64,000 nt of DNA from Obrimoposthia wandeli (taxonomy: Eukaryota), in NCBI GenBank assembly GCA_977020255.1, contig CDROCS010001802.1, forward strand, positions 124,001 through 188,000, written 5' to 3'. Below are positions 20,324 to 31,313 of the stretch, in pieces. A program made the position numbers and the translations under genes. Within the stretch, counting starts at the first letter, position 1; every line of letters begins with the position of its first letter. Under the pieces are notes generated by a model. That model made no database searches. It worked only from the letters and a program-made list of their open reading frames with translations, and was not told the DNA's origin.

Positions 20324-20983
20324 TTAAGTATGAACAGATTCAGAGAATGATTCGATCCACTTGTTTTTTTCTTCGTCATAATCAGCTTTAAATAAATAGA
20401 CACCTTGCTCATTGAAAGGGTGTGGTGTTGACCAATGACTACGAAAGACATATTGTTCCTGCTTGTTGATGTATACTCTTACACGTCCTGCAAGATCTCT
20501 CTCGAATGTTTTAGCAGCTAAACTTGCCATATTCCATTTAAAGAAGAAAAATGTCATTTCAAAAAAGACTAATATACAGCCCCCAAAGAAAGCATATGTG
20601 TAAAAAAGATCATTTAAAGTATTAAATAAAAGATCGAAATACGTAAAAATAGCTGAAAGCGTAATAGAAAAACAGAAGAATGCTAATCTAATGGTTACTA
20701 TGTGTTTATATTTGTTATCTAATATATTTTTTGCATTACTGCCTTTATTCCACGTTCCCATATTTCGTCCGATAATATCTAAAAATATGTTAGAGACAAT
20801 AATGAATAAAATCAATGGAGATAAAAAAGATACTAAGATATTAAAAAAGACATCAATTCGTGAAAATAGAAAAACTCCCAATTCATTTAATTCTTTATTA
20901 AATAAGAAAATAGAAATTGAAATTAAAGATATTAAACCGACTTTAATAGTTGTATTTATTGACTTGATTTCTAATTTGTTCAT
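20324..20983 (-). CDS. Multi-pass membrane protein
   Basis: 219 aa with about four TM segments. Confidence 0.7.
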   Translation of the reverse strand: MNKLEIKSINTTIKVGLISLISISIFLFNKELNELGVFLFSRIDVFFNILVSFLSPLILFIIVSNIFLDIIGRNMGTWNKGSNAKNILDNKYKHIVTIRLAFFCFSITLSAIFTYFDLLFNTLNDLFYTYAFFGGCILVFFEMTFFFFKWNMASLAAKTFERDLAGRVRVYINKQEQYVFRSHWSTPHPFNEQGVYLFKADYDEEKNKWIESFSESVHT

Positions 20984-21064
20984 TTTAGAACCTTTTATAT
21001 ATTAATAAGAAAACCATTATATAACAAAAATAATAAAAAATAAACATTTTATATTCATTTTTAA

Positions 21065-21835
21065 TTAATCAATTATAAATTCAACATATCTTTTCTTTCC
21101 AGTATTTGGATCTAAATCAACACTTAAATCAATGTCTCCGTTATTTCTTCTAACATCTTCATATTCAAATTTTAAACCATCTGCAAAATACTTATTTTTT
21201 CCAGTAATAAATTTAAATTTGAATGTCCCTTCATAGTAGCTTAATCGTCTATAAGTTGATGATATTCTTTTATCGTCATTCCAATAAATCTTATCTGGTG
21301 CTCCTACTATCATATCTTCGTGTTCCATTAAATTACCATAATCAATGATAAAATCAGGTCCCATTGGGTTAGAAATTTTTAATTCATATATTTTCTTTGA
21401 ATATTCATTTAGTTCTAATAAAGTATCAAAACTAAGAACATTATAACTATACATATAATCAATGACGGTTGTTCTTTCTGAACCTTCTATGTACTTTAGG
21501 ACTTGTACTGTTTCTTTTTCTTCATCAACTTCAAATCCTAAATCACGAATATACTTAATAGTTAAAGCCAATTTTTCTTTTCGGGATTCTTCTTTTTTTA
21601 ATTCTCTATTTTTAATAAACTCAAGACCTTTATCATAATCTCTTTTGATAAGAATTCGTTCTTCTTCTGTTTTTGAAGGAATAACCTTTGATTCATTTAC
21701 GAATTTTTTAGCTTCAACTTTAGGTGTATCTAGAGTTGGGGGGCTTTTAGGTACACTCGATTGATTGAGCAAGGAATAGATACCTCCACCGATGAGAGAG
21801 ATTGCTAATATTGAAATAATTACCTTTTTGATCAT
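21065..21835 (-). CDS. Membrane-anchored or secreted protein, near-duplicate of 28185-28961
   Basis: About 90% identical over the first ~164 aa and the last 21 aa, with a divergent block between. Confidence 0.85.
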   Translation of the reverse strand: MIKKVIISILAISLIGGGIYSLLNQSSVPKSPPTLDTPKVEAKKFVNESKVIPSKTEEERILIKRDYDKGLEFIKNRELKKEESRKEKLALTIKYIRDLGFEVDEEKETVQVLKYIEGSERTTVIDYMYSYNVLSFDTLLELNEYSKKIYELKISNPMGPDFIIDYGNLMEHEDMIVGAPDKIYWNDDKRISSTYRRLSYYEGTFKFKFITGKNKYFADGLKFEYEDVRRNNGDIDLSVDLDPNTGKKRYVEFIID

Positions 21836-22012
21836 GATTAAACCTTTTTGTCTTTAACTATAGGAATATCATAATTTTTATATAAAGAAAGACACAAGTA
21901 AATGTGCCTTTCTAGTTGTTTTAAAGTTAAACAATGTTTTTTTTATTTAATTTGATTAAAAATATCAAAATGGCTTAATAAATAATAATTAATATAAAAA
22001 GATTTGTAAATA

Positions 22013-25000
22013 TTATTTATATATAATTATTTCTCTTCCATCCTTTTTTAATTTATAAAAAGAACTCATTTCAACAAACTCATAAGAAGGATAAGTATGC
22101 TCTGTAATTAATGGTGTGTCTATTCCTACATATTTAATTGAAACTTTTTCAACATTAAAGAACGGATTAAGTACAACAGAGGACGTAATATTAACATTTT
22201 TACCTGACAACAAACTAAACGTTGAATCAGTAGTAATGTTCATATCGTCATTACCTGTAATTTTTGTTCCATAACCTATAATATTGATATCGGATTTACC
22301 ATCTAAAGTAATGTCACAATGAGCTGTTGAGTTAATAACATTATTTTCGCTATGAAAAATAAGTTCAGCAGAACCATTATTTAATGAAATATCTGCATTT
22401 CCTACAATATCAAAGTTTAATTTTTCATTAGAAAAATTGTTATTCTTAAATACAACGCTACCTGTTGATTTTATTGTCCCTGAACCTCTTTTGTTATCCT
22501 CTCCATATGTTCCGTAATCTTGAAGAATATCGTATCCATTTATAATAGCATTACCAGTTCCCAGACTTATATTAAAATTATTTAAATTAGTTAAATTTAT
22601 AATGGAGTCTCCATTTAATAAAACGGCTTTCAAATCGACAGGTCGATCATCTTCTCCAATAACATTTATATTTTTAATACCAGTTCCAACATTTAAATTA
22701 ATATTTTCAAAATTAGATATACCTAAAGTTATTTTGCCATCACCTAATTTTGCAGTGAAATCGCCTCGTTTTGCAATGAAATCGCCTCGTTCTTCTATTC
22801 CAGAATCAGCATTTATTATTTTATCACCATTTTTTGATGTAATATTTACAATCTTATAGTTATTTGATTCAATATTTAATACTTCAGTGCTCGGTGTTAT
22901 ATTTAAAATACCATTACTACCTTCTTTTATTGTTTTAAAGGTTTGTGAACCATCGTTAGAAACAATATTAATATCTTGAACATTTAATAGCTTAAAATCT
23001 AAATTACGTTCACCTAAATCAGTAGTTAATTTTTCGGCACGTTTAATATCTACAGTTTGAACTCCTGATATCCCAGTTAAAACAATATCCTTATAATCTG
23101 ATATGATTATTGTTGCATCTGTTTCACTTAGATTAGCATTGAAAGATTCATTTGTTCGAGTTGCTTCATCTGTTTTTACTGCCGTAATATTTTGAGTTCC
23201 TGTTCCAAATGTTAATTCTACATTTGTATAATCTTCAAGAGAAATCACAGCATCACCTTCTAAAAATTTTGTTTTTAAAGATGTTTTATTTAATGCTTTT
23301 CCAGTTAGTATATTATTACCCTTAATCGAATTAATTGTATATTTATTAAAAAATGAATGATTCAATGTTTTATCACTCTTTTCAATATTTATATTGTTAT
23401 TTCCTTCTCCAAGATTTATTTCACCTGTGAATGTTATATTTTCGAATTTTAGAGTTTTATTTCCTTTTTCAAAGTTAAACTTTACATCATTTATATAACT
23501 ATTTTTAATATCCATAGTGTCATTGCCACTGTACAACTCGAAATCAATTAAATTTAATTGAGAATTTGATATCGTGATTTTGTCAATATCTTGTGTGTTT
23601 TTACTGCCTCTTATATAATCTCTATCTGAAATATTATCACTTGTGGCTTTAATATAATTTTCAAAATTAACTATATTATTTCCTTCACCCAATGAAACAT
23701 CTAATTTATTACCATAGTTATATAGATTTAATGTATCATCACCTGTTCCTGCCGTTAAATCTAATGACGTGTTATTGAATGAAAACTCATTGTTTCCACC
23801 CGAATCTATAAATACATTAGAAAACTCTAAAGAAGTATTAGAGACATTAACAATATCCTTATCAATACCAGAAATGACATTTAAATTATAATTAGATGAA
23901 GTTAATGTATTTTCACCATTCCCAAGATTAATATCAGCAGTAGCATTAGATACTTTAGATGAATTATAACTACTCCCAATAAGGTTTACGATGTCGTTAC
24001 CGCCATTTAAATAAAGGTCGGTATTATATTTTTCAATATGAATATTGTCAATTCCCGCACCGCCATTTATTTTCACTAGCGAACCACCAATTTGATTACC
24101 ATCAATATCTTTTACACTATAATTTATATGTCCAAGAGAATTAATAATAGAGGCAGTATTGTTTCCTTCACCTAAATCAATATCAAAGTTAATAAAATTA
24201 TTAATATTAACAGTATCATTTCCACCAAAGGTTTTAATAATATCTGGTTTTGATTTATACAATTCATAAGAACTGTAATAAGAATTATTAGGGTCATATT
24301 TTATATTATTAGAATATATGGTTTCATTTCCTCCATTACCAGTATAGTCATTAGAAAAATATGTATTTAAATGTGTAACATTATTATCAGATGTAGATAT
24401 AATGTTATTTATAGGTGTAACTTTGTTAATCATATCGGAAAGTTTTATAGTTTTAGATATGTTTTCAAAATGTAAATTAACGTCAAACTTAGACCACTTT
24501 TTAAAATACATTCCAAAAAAATCATCAATTTTTAAAAAATTATTACCATCTATTGCTATAATTAAATCATTTTTACTCTCTTCCGAACTTGTACCTGATT
24601 TAAATGTGATATTATTAGAAGTTACTTCTCCCTCTATAATGACATTAATACCTTCATTCTCTGTATCTACATTATAGTTTTCATTCTGATCTCTATAGTT
24701 TGCCAATTCATCTTGAATAATTTGCAATATTCGATCTTCTTCATTAGCATCATCTTCAATTTTTTTTAATTCTTCAAGCCTTTTTAATTCCTCAAGAACT
24801 TCGTTATCAACAGGCTCTTCATTGTCAACAGGCTCTTCATTGTCAACAGGCTCTTCATTATCAACAGGCTCATCATTGTCAACAGGCTCATCATTGTCAA
24901 CAGGCTCTTCATTGTCAACAGGTTCTTCGTTATCAACAGGTTCTTCGTTGTCAACAGGTTCTTCGGTGCAATCATTTCCTGCACAGATTTCTTTTTCTGT

Positions 25001-25087
25001 ATCGTTACTGTAGTTTGATGCTTTTTCGTTACAACCGACCAATAGGATTGCAAAAGACAACAAAATTACTTTAATTATATTTCTCAT
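22013..25087 (-). CDS. Large lipoprotein with EEPVDN repeats and Gly/Asn-rich RTX-like or beta-roll repeats (adhesin-like)
   Basis: Lipobox LLVGC; (E/D)EPVDN x9; repeated (D/N)LGxGNNxxxI and GGxGxDxI motifs. Confidence 0.8.
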   Translation of the reverse strand: MRNIIKVILLSFAILLVGCNEKASNYSNDTEKEICAGNDCTEEPVDNEEPVDNEEPVDNEEPVDNDEPVDNDEPVDNEEPVDNEEPVDNEEPVDNEVLEELKRLEELKKIEDDANEEDRILQIIQDELANYRDQNENYNVDTENEGINVIIEGEVTSNNITFKSGTSSEESKNDLIIAIDGNNFLKIDDFFGMYFKKWSKFDVNLHFENISKTIKLSDMINKVTPINNIISTSDNNVTHLNTYFSNDYTGNGGNETIYSNNIKYDPNNSYYSSYELYKSKPDIIKTFGGNDTVNINNFINFDIDLGEGNNTASIINSLGHINYSVKDIDGNQIGGSLVKINGGAGIDNIHIEKYNTDLYLNGGNDIVNLIGSSYNSSKVSNATADINLGNGENTLTSSNYNLNVISGIDKDIVNVSNTSLEFSNVFIDSGGNNEFSFNNTSLDLTAGTGDDTLNLYNYGNKLDVSLGEGNNIVNFENYIKATSDNISDRDYIRGSKNTQDIDKITISNSQLNLIDFELYSGNDTMDIKNSYINDVKFNFEKGNKTLKFENITFTGEINLGEGNNNINIEKSDKTLNHSFFNKYTINSIKGNNILTGKALNKTSLKTKFLEGDAVISLEDYTNVELTFGTGTQNITAVKTDEATRTNESFNANLSETDATIIISDYKDIVLTGISGVQTVDIKRAEKLTTDLGERNLDFKLLNVQDINIVSNDGSQTFKTIKEGSNGILNITPSTEVLNIESNNYKIVNITSKNGDKIINADSGIEERGDFIAKRGDFTAKLGDGKITLGISNFENINLNVGTGIKNINVIGEDDRPVDLKAVLLNGDSIINLTNLNNFNISLGTGNAIINGYDILQDYGTYGEDNKRGSGTIKSTGSVVFKNNNFSNEKLNFDIVGNADISLNNGSAELIFHSENNVINSTAHCDITLDGKSDINIIGYGTKITGNDDMNITTDSTFSLLSGKNVNITSSVVLNPFFNVEKVSIKYVGIDTPLITEHTYPSYEFVEMSSFYKLKKDGREIIIYK
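24803..24964. repeat. 18-bp tandem repeat x9 encoding (E/D)EPVDN
   Basis: Unit (r)TT(r)TCAACAGG(y)TC(t/a)TC on the plus strand; in-frame linker just after the lipobox. Confidence 0.95.
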
Positions 25088-25107
25088 TTTTTATTTTTTC
25101 CTATTGT

Positions 25108-28100
25108 TTAGTTTTCTTTGAATGATTTAATTGTTTTCATGCCTTCATCTATTTTTAAAATGAGTACATCTCCACCTTCTAATTCTTCAATAATATCATT
25201 ACCGATCCCAGGTTTGTAATATTCAATACGGTCATTACCATAAAAATCCTCATCAGGCTTCTTAAAAAACTCCGCAACATCTTCAATTGTTTGATGAATA
25301 TACCCCTTTATTAAGGTAATAAAACCGTGATAGATTATTTTATCAGTAATTATTTCAACATCTCTTTCGGTATGGATGTTATGTTTAAAATATTGAAACT
25401 CTTCGATGTTCTTTTCTCGATAAAGCTCATCTAAAAAATTATTCTTAATTGTTGCTAATTTTTTATATTTATAGTAAAGATTTAAATCATTGTTATCCCT
25501 AACAAAATTAAGTCTTGATAAAACAAGTTCATCATCAGATTTAATAAATAATGTGTCATATCCGCCTCTATCTTCAATTGTTATTATATCTTTGCTGTTT
25601 ACATCAAGTATGTATTTATCTTTCTTTAACCCTCCAACATAAATTGTTTTACCTTCTGTTGGCTGGAATGTATTGCTTGTATCAATATTTCCCCAGAGGA
25701 TATTTTCAGCATAATTATTATCTACATTATTAACCTGATCAATAATATCAATAGCAGTAAGAATAACAGGATTAGCATCGTCTTTGTTTAAGAAAAACTT
25801 GAATATTTCAATTTGGTTAGCTTCATATTGATAAGGGAAGGTTATATCTATAACTTTAAAAAAGTCTTCAACTATTATCATATTTTTTTCTTTTAACTTT
25901 GATATTATTACTAAATCAAATTGATGTCTTTCAAAAATAACATCATTAACAGTAAAACCAATTAACTGAATCTGATCGAAGTCATTAAAAGCACCTCCAT
26001 AAATTTTAGATACATCAGCCCTGTCATAAATAGTGTTAGTGCCAAAATCACCTTCAAAGATATAAGTATCAGAATATGGACTTCCATAAATAAAATCATT
26101 GCCGCCTTTAGGTTCATAGGTGTCCCCTGCAAAGTCATGATTTATCCATTCATCACTTTCAAAGTCAGGATTACCCATTATGTCATTACCTTCTGTTCCT
26201 TCTAAAGTATCTGAACCTGATGTGCTTGGAATAGTAGACTTAATCTTGTTATCATTATCATCATTTTCATCAATCGTGTCTGAAAATCTTTCTTCCGTTG
26301 GTGATATTGTAAATTCGTAATAATCATATTGATTGGTTTCCAAAGGCAATAATTGGGGATTTCCAAGAGGGTTGTTATCTCTGTAAATATTATCACTGTA
26401 ATCATAAAACAACAACTTACTAATACCGCCAGCTTCTGGTGATATTTCTACATCTAATGATTTAGAATTATATGAAAAAGAAATAATAAAACTCTCTGTA
26501 TTTGATTCATTATCAGAACATAATATTTTAGCATATTCATTTAATAAATCTTCATGATCTTTTAGATAAAAAGAAGAGTTGTACTCTTTGTATTTTTCGA
26601 ATGATGGTATTTTTATACAAAAATTTAATTCACCACCGATAGGAATAAATAATTTTGTTTTAGAGTTAAAATTATTTAATACACTTTTACTTTTTTCTTC
26701 AAGTGATAAATCTATCAGGTCTTGTATTTCATTTTCTTCGACAATAAAAATATTACCCACGGTATTATCTATTTCATAGGTGTCATTACCTGTAGACAAA
26801 TAAACAACATTATCAGAACCTAATTTATAGGTGTTATCAAGAATTGATGTATGAATTATGTTTTGAGATGAATTTTCTATAATTTCATCTATAACAATTT
26901 CATCATTTAATTCTTTTAATCTTCTAATTTCGTAAGGGTATTCTTCTATTTTTTTATCAATTGCGTTTGGTAAAGAATCGTTTGTTAATTCTATTAAATA
27001 TTTTTGAACAATAGGGGCTGTGTTTGATGATGCATTAGCAACCATTGGTTTGTAATTAGGGTCGGTAAATTTTCCATAAGGTATATTTACCGTACTATTT
27101 TCCAAACTGCTACTATAACTTGAAATTTCAGAATTAGAAAAAACATTTAAACTGACTTGATCATTAGGATTATTCCAATATTGTCCCATGCTTGCATAAG
27201 ACATTATACTAAAATATTCTTTTCCACCTTTTATTTTTATAAACCCCTTTCCATTTAATTCATTATAAAAGTTATTATCTCTAAAATAATAATGTTCAGC
27301 TTTATCATATTCTTTAGTATCTATAAATTCTATTTTATAAGAGGTCATTGGGTCATGATACAATGAAAAAGTATGACCCATCTCGTGCATTATAACCCAA
27401 GGTACATTTTCATAATCTTGTCTAATTGTAACAAACTTTGTTACAATATCTTCATTTCTTATTTCTCTAATTTTTTCTTTTGAAAAAGAATCTATACTAC
27501 CATCACTATCATAAGAGGAATACGCTGTCATCATTGAACCAGCCTGACCTATAGTTTGACTATATAATTCATTAATTCCATTTGGTAGTAAAACTATTAA
27601 ATCTGGATTTTTATATATTATTTCTTTTGTTAACAAAGAAAGGAATTGGTTAAATTCTGGTGTATTAGATTTACCCTTCTTTAATGAGTTATTTATAGTT
27701 AGTTCTTCTAGTAACTTCTTAAAAATAAATTGAGTGTCTTCTACGGCTTCTATTTTTTCTAATATCCCATTCTTATTTGGTTCTTTTTTATATAGCATAC
27801 CTAGACCAGTAGCTACATCGTCAAAATTTATATTTATAATAGAAGAATCTATAGTATATGAATACCCCATACCATTATTAAAACTAAAATTACTATTAGA
27901 TACGGAATCGTTGAGCATTTTTTCAATACCTGTTGGATTGTCTGGATCTTCTACTAGATTTTCATCCTTATCTAACTTCAAACCGCTAGATATATTAATT
28001 TTATTAATATATTCGTTTATTTTACTTGTGTATAATATTTTATCTTCAAGTAACTTATTTTCTGCATCATCAACTATATAAAGTATTTTAAAGCTTCTAT

Positions 28101-28167
28101 CTTCTGAATAAGCTAGAATATTTGTCGAAATTAGCAACAGTAAAATTGAACATATTATTTTAAACAT
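25108..28167 (-). CDS. Secreted metzincin (M12B/reprolysin-like) zinc metalloprotease with haemolysin-type Ca-binding repeats
   Basis: Signal peptide; HEMGHTFSLYHD (HExxHxxxxxH-like); Met-turn SIMSY; GSDTLEGTEGNDIM, GGNDFIYG, DVIFERHQFDLVI-type modules. Confidence 0.8.
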   Translation of the reverse strand: MFKIICSILLLLISTNILAYSEDRSFKILYIVDDAENKLLEDKILYTSKINEYINKINISSGLKLDKDENLVEDPDNPTGIEKMLNDSVSNSNFSFNNGMGYSYTIDSSIININFDDVATGLGMLYKKEPNKNGILEKIEAVEDTQFIFKKLLEELTINNSLKKGKSNTPEFNQFLSLLTKEIIYKNPDLIVLLPNGINELYSQTIGQAGSMMTAYSSYDSDGSIDSFSKEKIREIRNEDIVTKFVTIRQDYENVPWVIMHEMGHTFSLYHDPMTSYKIEFIDTKEYDKAEHYYFRDNNFYNELNGKGFIKIKGGKEYFSIMSYASMGQYWNNPNDQVSLNVFSNSEISSYSSSLENSTVNIPYGKFTDPNYKPMVANASSNTAPIVQKYLIELTNDSLPNAIDKKIEEYPYEIRRLKELNDEIVIDEIIENSSQNIIHTSILDNTYKLGSDNVVYLSTGNDTYEIDNTVGNIFIVEENEIQDLIDLSLEEKSKSVLNNFNSKTKLFIPIGGELNFCIKIPSFEKYKEYNSSFYLKDHEDLLNEYAKILCSDNESNTESFIISFSYNSKSLDVEISPEAGGISKLLFYDYSDNIYRDNNPLGNPQLLPLETNQYDYYEFTISPTEERFSDTIDENDDNDNKIKSTIPSTSGSDTLEGTEGNDIMGNPDFESDEWINHDFAGDTYEPKGGNDFIYGSPYSDTYIFEGDFGTNTIYDRADVSKIYGGAFNDFDQIQLIGFTVNDVIFERHQFDLVIISKLKEKNMIIVEDFFKVIDITFPYQYEANQIEIFKFFLNKDDANPVILTAIDIIDQVNNVDNNYAENILWGNIDTSNTFQPTEGKTIYVGGLKKDKYILDVNSKDIITIEDRGGYDTLFIKSDDELVLSRLNFVRDNNDLNLYYKYKKLATIKNNFLDELYREKNIEEFQYFKHNIHTERDVEIITDKIIYHGFITLIKGYIHQTIEDVAEFFKKPDEDFYGNDRIEYYKPGIGNDIIEELEGGDVLILKIDEGMKTIKSFKEN

Positions 28168-28184
28168 TTCATATTCCTTTTTAA

Positions 28185-28961
28185 TTAATCAATTATAAAC
28201 TCAACATATCTTTTCTTGCCCGTATTTGGATCTAAATCAATACTTAAATCAACTTTTTTTAGAGATTCACCCTTTTCTAATTTTGAACCCTTATATTTGA
28301 AATTTAAATTTTTAAAATTTTCAACCTTTATTATATTTAATTCAAAATTTCTACTATTTATCGCTAATGTTCTGCCATGTGACAATATACTGTCACCATT
28401 ATTTAATAAAATATTATCTGGGCTGCCGACTATCAGGTTTTTTTGATTTTTTATTAAATTATCATACGATATAATAAAATCAGAACCCATTGGATTAGGT
28501 ATTTTTAATTCATATATTTTATTTGAATATTCATTTAGTTCTAATAAAGTATTAAAACTAAGAACATTATAACTATACATATAATCAATGACGGTTGTTC
28601 TTTCTGAACCTTCTATATATTTCAAAGCTTGCACTGTTTCTTTTTCTTCATCTACTTCAAATCCTAAATCACGAATATACTTAATAGTTAAATCCAATTT
28701 TTCTTTTCGGGTTTCTTCTTTTTTCAATTCTCTATTTTTAATAAACTCAAGACCCTTATCATAATCTCTTTTAACAAGAATGCGTTCTTCTTCTGTTTTT
28801 GAGGGAGGCACAGTCGATTCATCTACAAATTTTTTAGCTTCGACTTTTGGGGATTCTGGAGTGGGGGGGCTTTTAGGTACACTCGATTGATTGAGCAAGA
28901 AGTAGATACCTCCACCGATGAGAGAGATTGCTAATATTGAAATAATTACCTTTTTGATCAT
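28185..28961 (-). CDS. Membrane-anchored or secreted protein, near-duplicate of 21065-21835
   Basis: See paralog; identical end DLDPNTGKKRYVEFIID. Confidence 0.85.
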   Translation of the reverse strand: MIKKVIISILAISLIGGGIYFLLNQSSVPKSPPTPESPKVEAKKFVDESTVPPSKTEEERILVKRDYDKGLEFIKNRELKKEETRKEKLDLTIKYIRDLGFEVDEEKETVQALKYIEGSERTTVIDYMYSYNVLSFNTLLELNEYSNKIYELKIPNPMGSDFIISYDNLIKNQKNLIVGSPDNILLNNGDSILSHGRTLAINSRNFELNIIKVENFKNLNFKYKGSKLEKGESLKKVDLSIDLDPNTGKKRYVEFIID

Positions 28962-29076
28962 GATTACACCCTTTTGTCTGCCTAAAAGGTTGTAAGTATA
29001 TATAAAAACTTATAAAATAGCAAGGTTTTTATTCGATAAAAAGGCACAAATATGTGCCTTTTTAATTGTTCTAAAG

Positions 29077-29655
29077 TTAAATTGCTTTTTTTACTAACTG
29101 AAGGTTCTCCCTCTCACCATAAGGGTCTTCAATACGCTCTATTTCAAAGATATCTTCGGGAAAGATAGTTTGGGTGGTATAATAAATAATGTCTGTTAAA
29201 AGATGTTCCACTGCTTCCATATGTTGATATTCAGATCCAGATCTAACCCATCCAAAGTTTTTACCACGTCCCATATGTTCGAATACTTGAGACAATCTAA
29301 TTTCCAAAGAATAAACAACTTCTTTTGGAACGTTTAATTGTCGAATAGCCTTCTTATATTCCTTAGAAATAGACCATTTATGTGCATTACCAGTGCCGTT
29401 GTTGTAGGTGTCATAATGCATGTTGCTAACTAAACGGAAGCCTTCTACTCGTTTATCATCACAGTTTCCGTTATGTGGAACTAATGTTTGAAGTTTATTA
29501 TATAACGAATTTAAAGGATGATCACTTGACCAAAAGTTTTTGTGAATACGATAGTTAAAAGAATCATTGTAAAAATGTTCAACACCAGAATAGATCATTA
29601 ATTTCAGAGGTGTTGTGAATGTCATTTTATGTTTAATAATTGATTTGCGAGTCAT
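29077..29655 (-). CDS. Hypothetical protein (phage/plasmid type)
   Basis: 192-aa ORF; block LYNKLQTLVP...FRLVSNMHYDTYNNG looks like a conserved core. Confidence 0.7.
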   Translation of the reverse strand: MTRKSIIKHKMTFTTPLKLMIYSGVEHFYNDSFNYRIHKNFWSSDHPLNSLYNKLQTLVPHNGNCDDKRVEGFRLVSNMHYDTYNNGTGNAHKWSISKEYKKAIRQLNVPKEVVYSLEIRLSQVFEHMGRGKNFGWVRSGSEYQHMEAVEHLLTDIIYYTTQTIFPEDIFEIERIEDPYGERENLQLVKKAI

Positions 29656-30010
29656 AATATATTCCTGTTTTTTGTTTGTATTTAGGTTTTATCTATCTCT
29701 ATTTGTTAAAACCATTATACAACATTTAACAACAATATTCAAAAAATAGACCTTGACAAAAATCGTTTTTTTTGATAAAATTACTGCAATCAAGATAATG
29801 GTAGAATCGTATTTTTTTCGATAAAACCCTCTAAATCATTGATATTTTATAAAATCTTCCTAAAAACACCTATTTAAAATAATTGAAAATAATTTAATTT
29901 AATTTATTTTTCAAGAAAATACACAATAAAGCATATTAGATATTGACTTAACCCATTATTTTGATTAAAATAAGGGCTAATTACTCTTTAAACAAAAAAG
30001 CGAGAAAACA

Positions 30011-30985
30011 ATGTTTTTACACGAAAGAAAAATTATGTTTGATAAAAGAAATTATGATAATGCATCATTTATTCTAGATATGTCGAGTTATTACATAACA
30101 AACAAAAGCCGAAATGAAGTTATTGATATGGGTATCGAATACGATTTAGATTTATCTCTTGCAAATGATTCTTATGAAGTGCTTCGTGAAAAAATCATAA
30201 ATAGTTTGTTTTCTACAATAACAGTTCATCTTAGCGGTTATTTTTCAAATAACTCTCAAATGCTGAATAGTATTGTTCGCTTAAGAGACGAAAAAACTTG
30301 TACATCATTAGATGAAGTATTAAGTGAGACATTAGGTAGCATATTAACGGGACTTAATAAATTAAGTTCGAAAAATAAAAAATATAATCATTTCGATATG
30401 TTAATGAATAAAGCCAAGAAATCAGATAAATATATTTCAAAGAGTTCTTTTGAAGGAATTAAAAGAAAAATATTGAAATTATCAAACTTCTTTTCAGATC
30501 AATCATTGGTATTGGAAGAAATCAATAAAAACCATAAAGAAAAATTATTTGAAAACGAGGCTCATCAAAAATACAATTTTAACATCGGTTTCTCATCATT
30601 TGAAAAAGAACAAATTTTTTATATGTTAAGTATCGAATCAAATACTTGTAAATGTTGTGAATCACGCCCATTTAAGTTGGAAGAATATCACATTGAAAAT
30701 ATTACATATGCGGAAAACACTACAGATAAAGATGTCTATGCGAATGAAGTATTAATAATTGCTTCTGTTAAAAAGCAAGGTAAAAGAATGAAATTAGAAG
30801 TAAAAAAAGAAGATGGTAAAGAAGGCTTATTTTTATTCAATAAAACGAAAGAAAATGGAAATCTAGCTGGCGAAAAGGATGAAGTTTCAGAAACCAGTAT
30901 GAAGTTATTTTTAAGTAAAGATGAAGCATTAGAATATTTAGATGAAATTAATGATTTAGTTGACCAAAAAACGTATCATCTTTAA
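30011..30985 (+). CDS. Hypothetical protein, paralog family B
   Basis: C-terminal LFLSKDEALEYL motif. Confidence 0.7.
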   Translation: MFLHERKIMFDKRNYDNASFILDMSSYYITNKSRNEVIDMGIEYDLDLSLANDSYEVLREKIINSLFSTITVHLSGYFSNNSQMLNSIVRLRDEKTCTSLDEVLSETLGSILTGLNKLSSKNKKYNHFDMLMNKAKKSDKYISKSSFEGIKRKILKLSNFFSDQSLVLEEINKNHKEKLFENEAHQKYNFNIGFSSFEKEQIFYMLSIESNTCKCCESRPFKLEEYHIENITYAENTTDKDVYANEVLIIASVKKQGKRMKLEVKKEDGKEGLFLFNKTKENGNLAGEKDEVSETSMKLFLSKDEALEYLDEINDLVDQKTYHL

Positions 30986-31098
30986 TTATATACATTAAAA
31001 TAGAATAAGAAGCCTATCCATGATAGGTTTTTTTTGCACTTTTTTTAATACGTGTTTATATTGTTAGATATTAATATATTTTAAAGGGAACTTAATAA

Positions 31099-31302
31099 AT
31101 GAATAAAAATAAGGTTAATGAGTATATAGCTAAAGAAAGCGAAAAAATAAATAAAAGAGAAAAAATTAGTGGCAGGTTTGGTTGCTTGTTAATTTTATCT
31201 ATTTTATCTATAATCGTTATATCTGGTTTCTTAGCTTATTTTTCTTTCTTTTGGAGTGTTGATTTCGTCAATGCTTTTGTAACAGACTTACAAAAAAAGT
31301 AG
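31099..31302 (+). CDS. Small single-TM protein
   Basis: 67 aa with one hydrophobic stretch; RBS-like AAGGG. Confidence 0.65.
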   Translation: MNKNKVNEYIAKESEKINKREKISGRFGCLLILSILSIIVISGFLAYFSFFWSVDFVNAFVTDLQKK

Positions 31303-31313
31303 AATTCAACCTA

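Noticed and set aside
21065-28961. Diversity-generating retroelement (TR/VR pair)
   Set aside because: Differences between the copies are not adenine-restricted and include indels, and there is no reverse transcriptase in the window.
29660-30010. Long AT-rich intergenic region as a replication origin
   Set aside because: It is explained by divergent sigma70-like promoters. No DnaA boxes, iterons or rep gene were seen.
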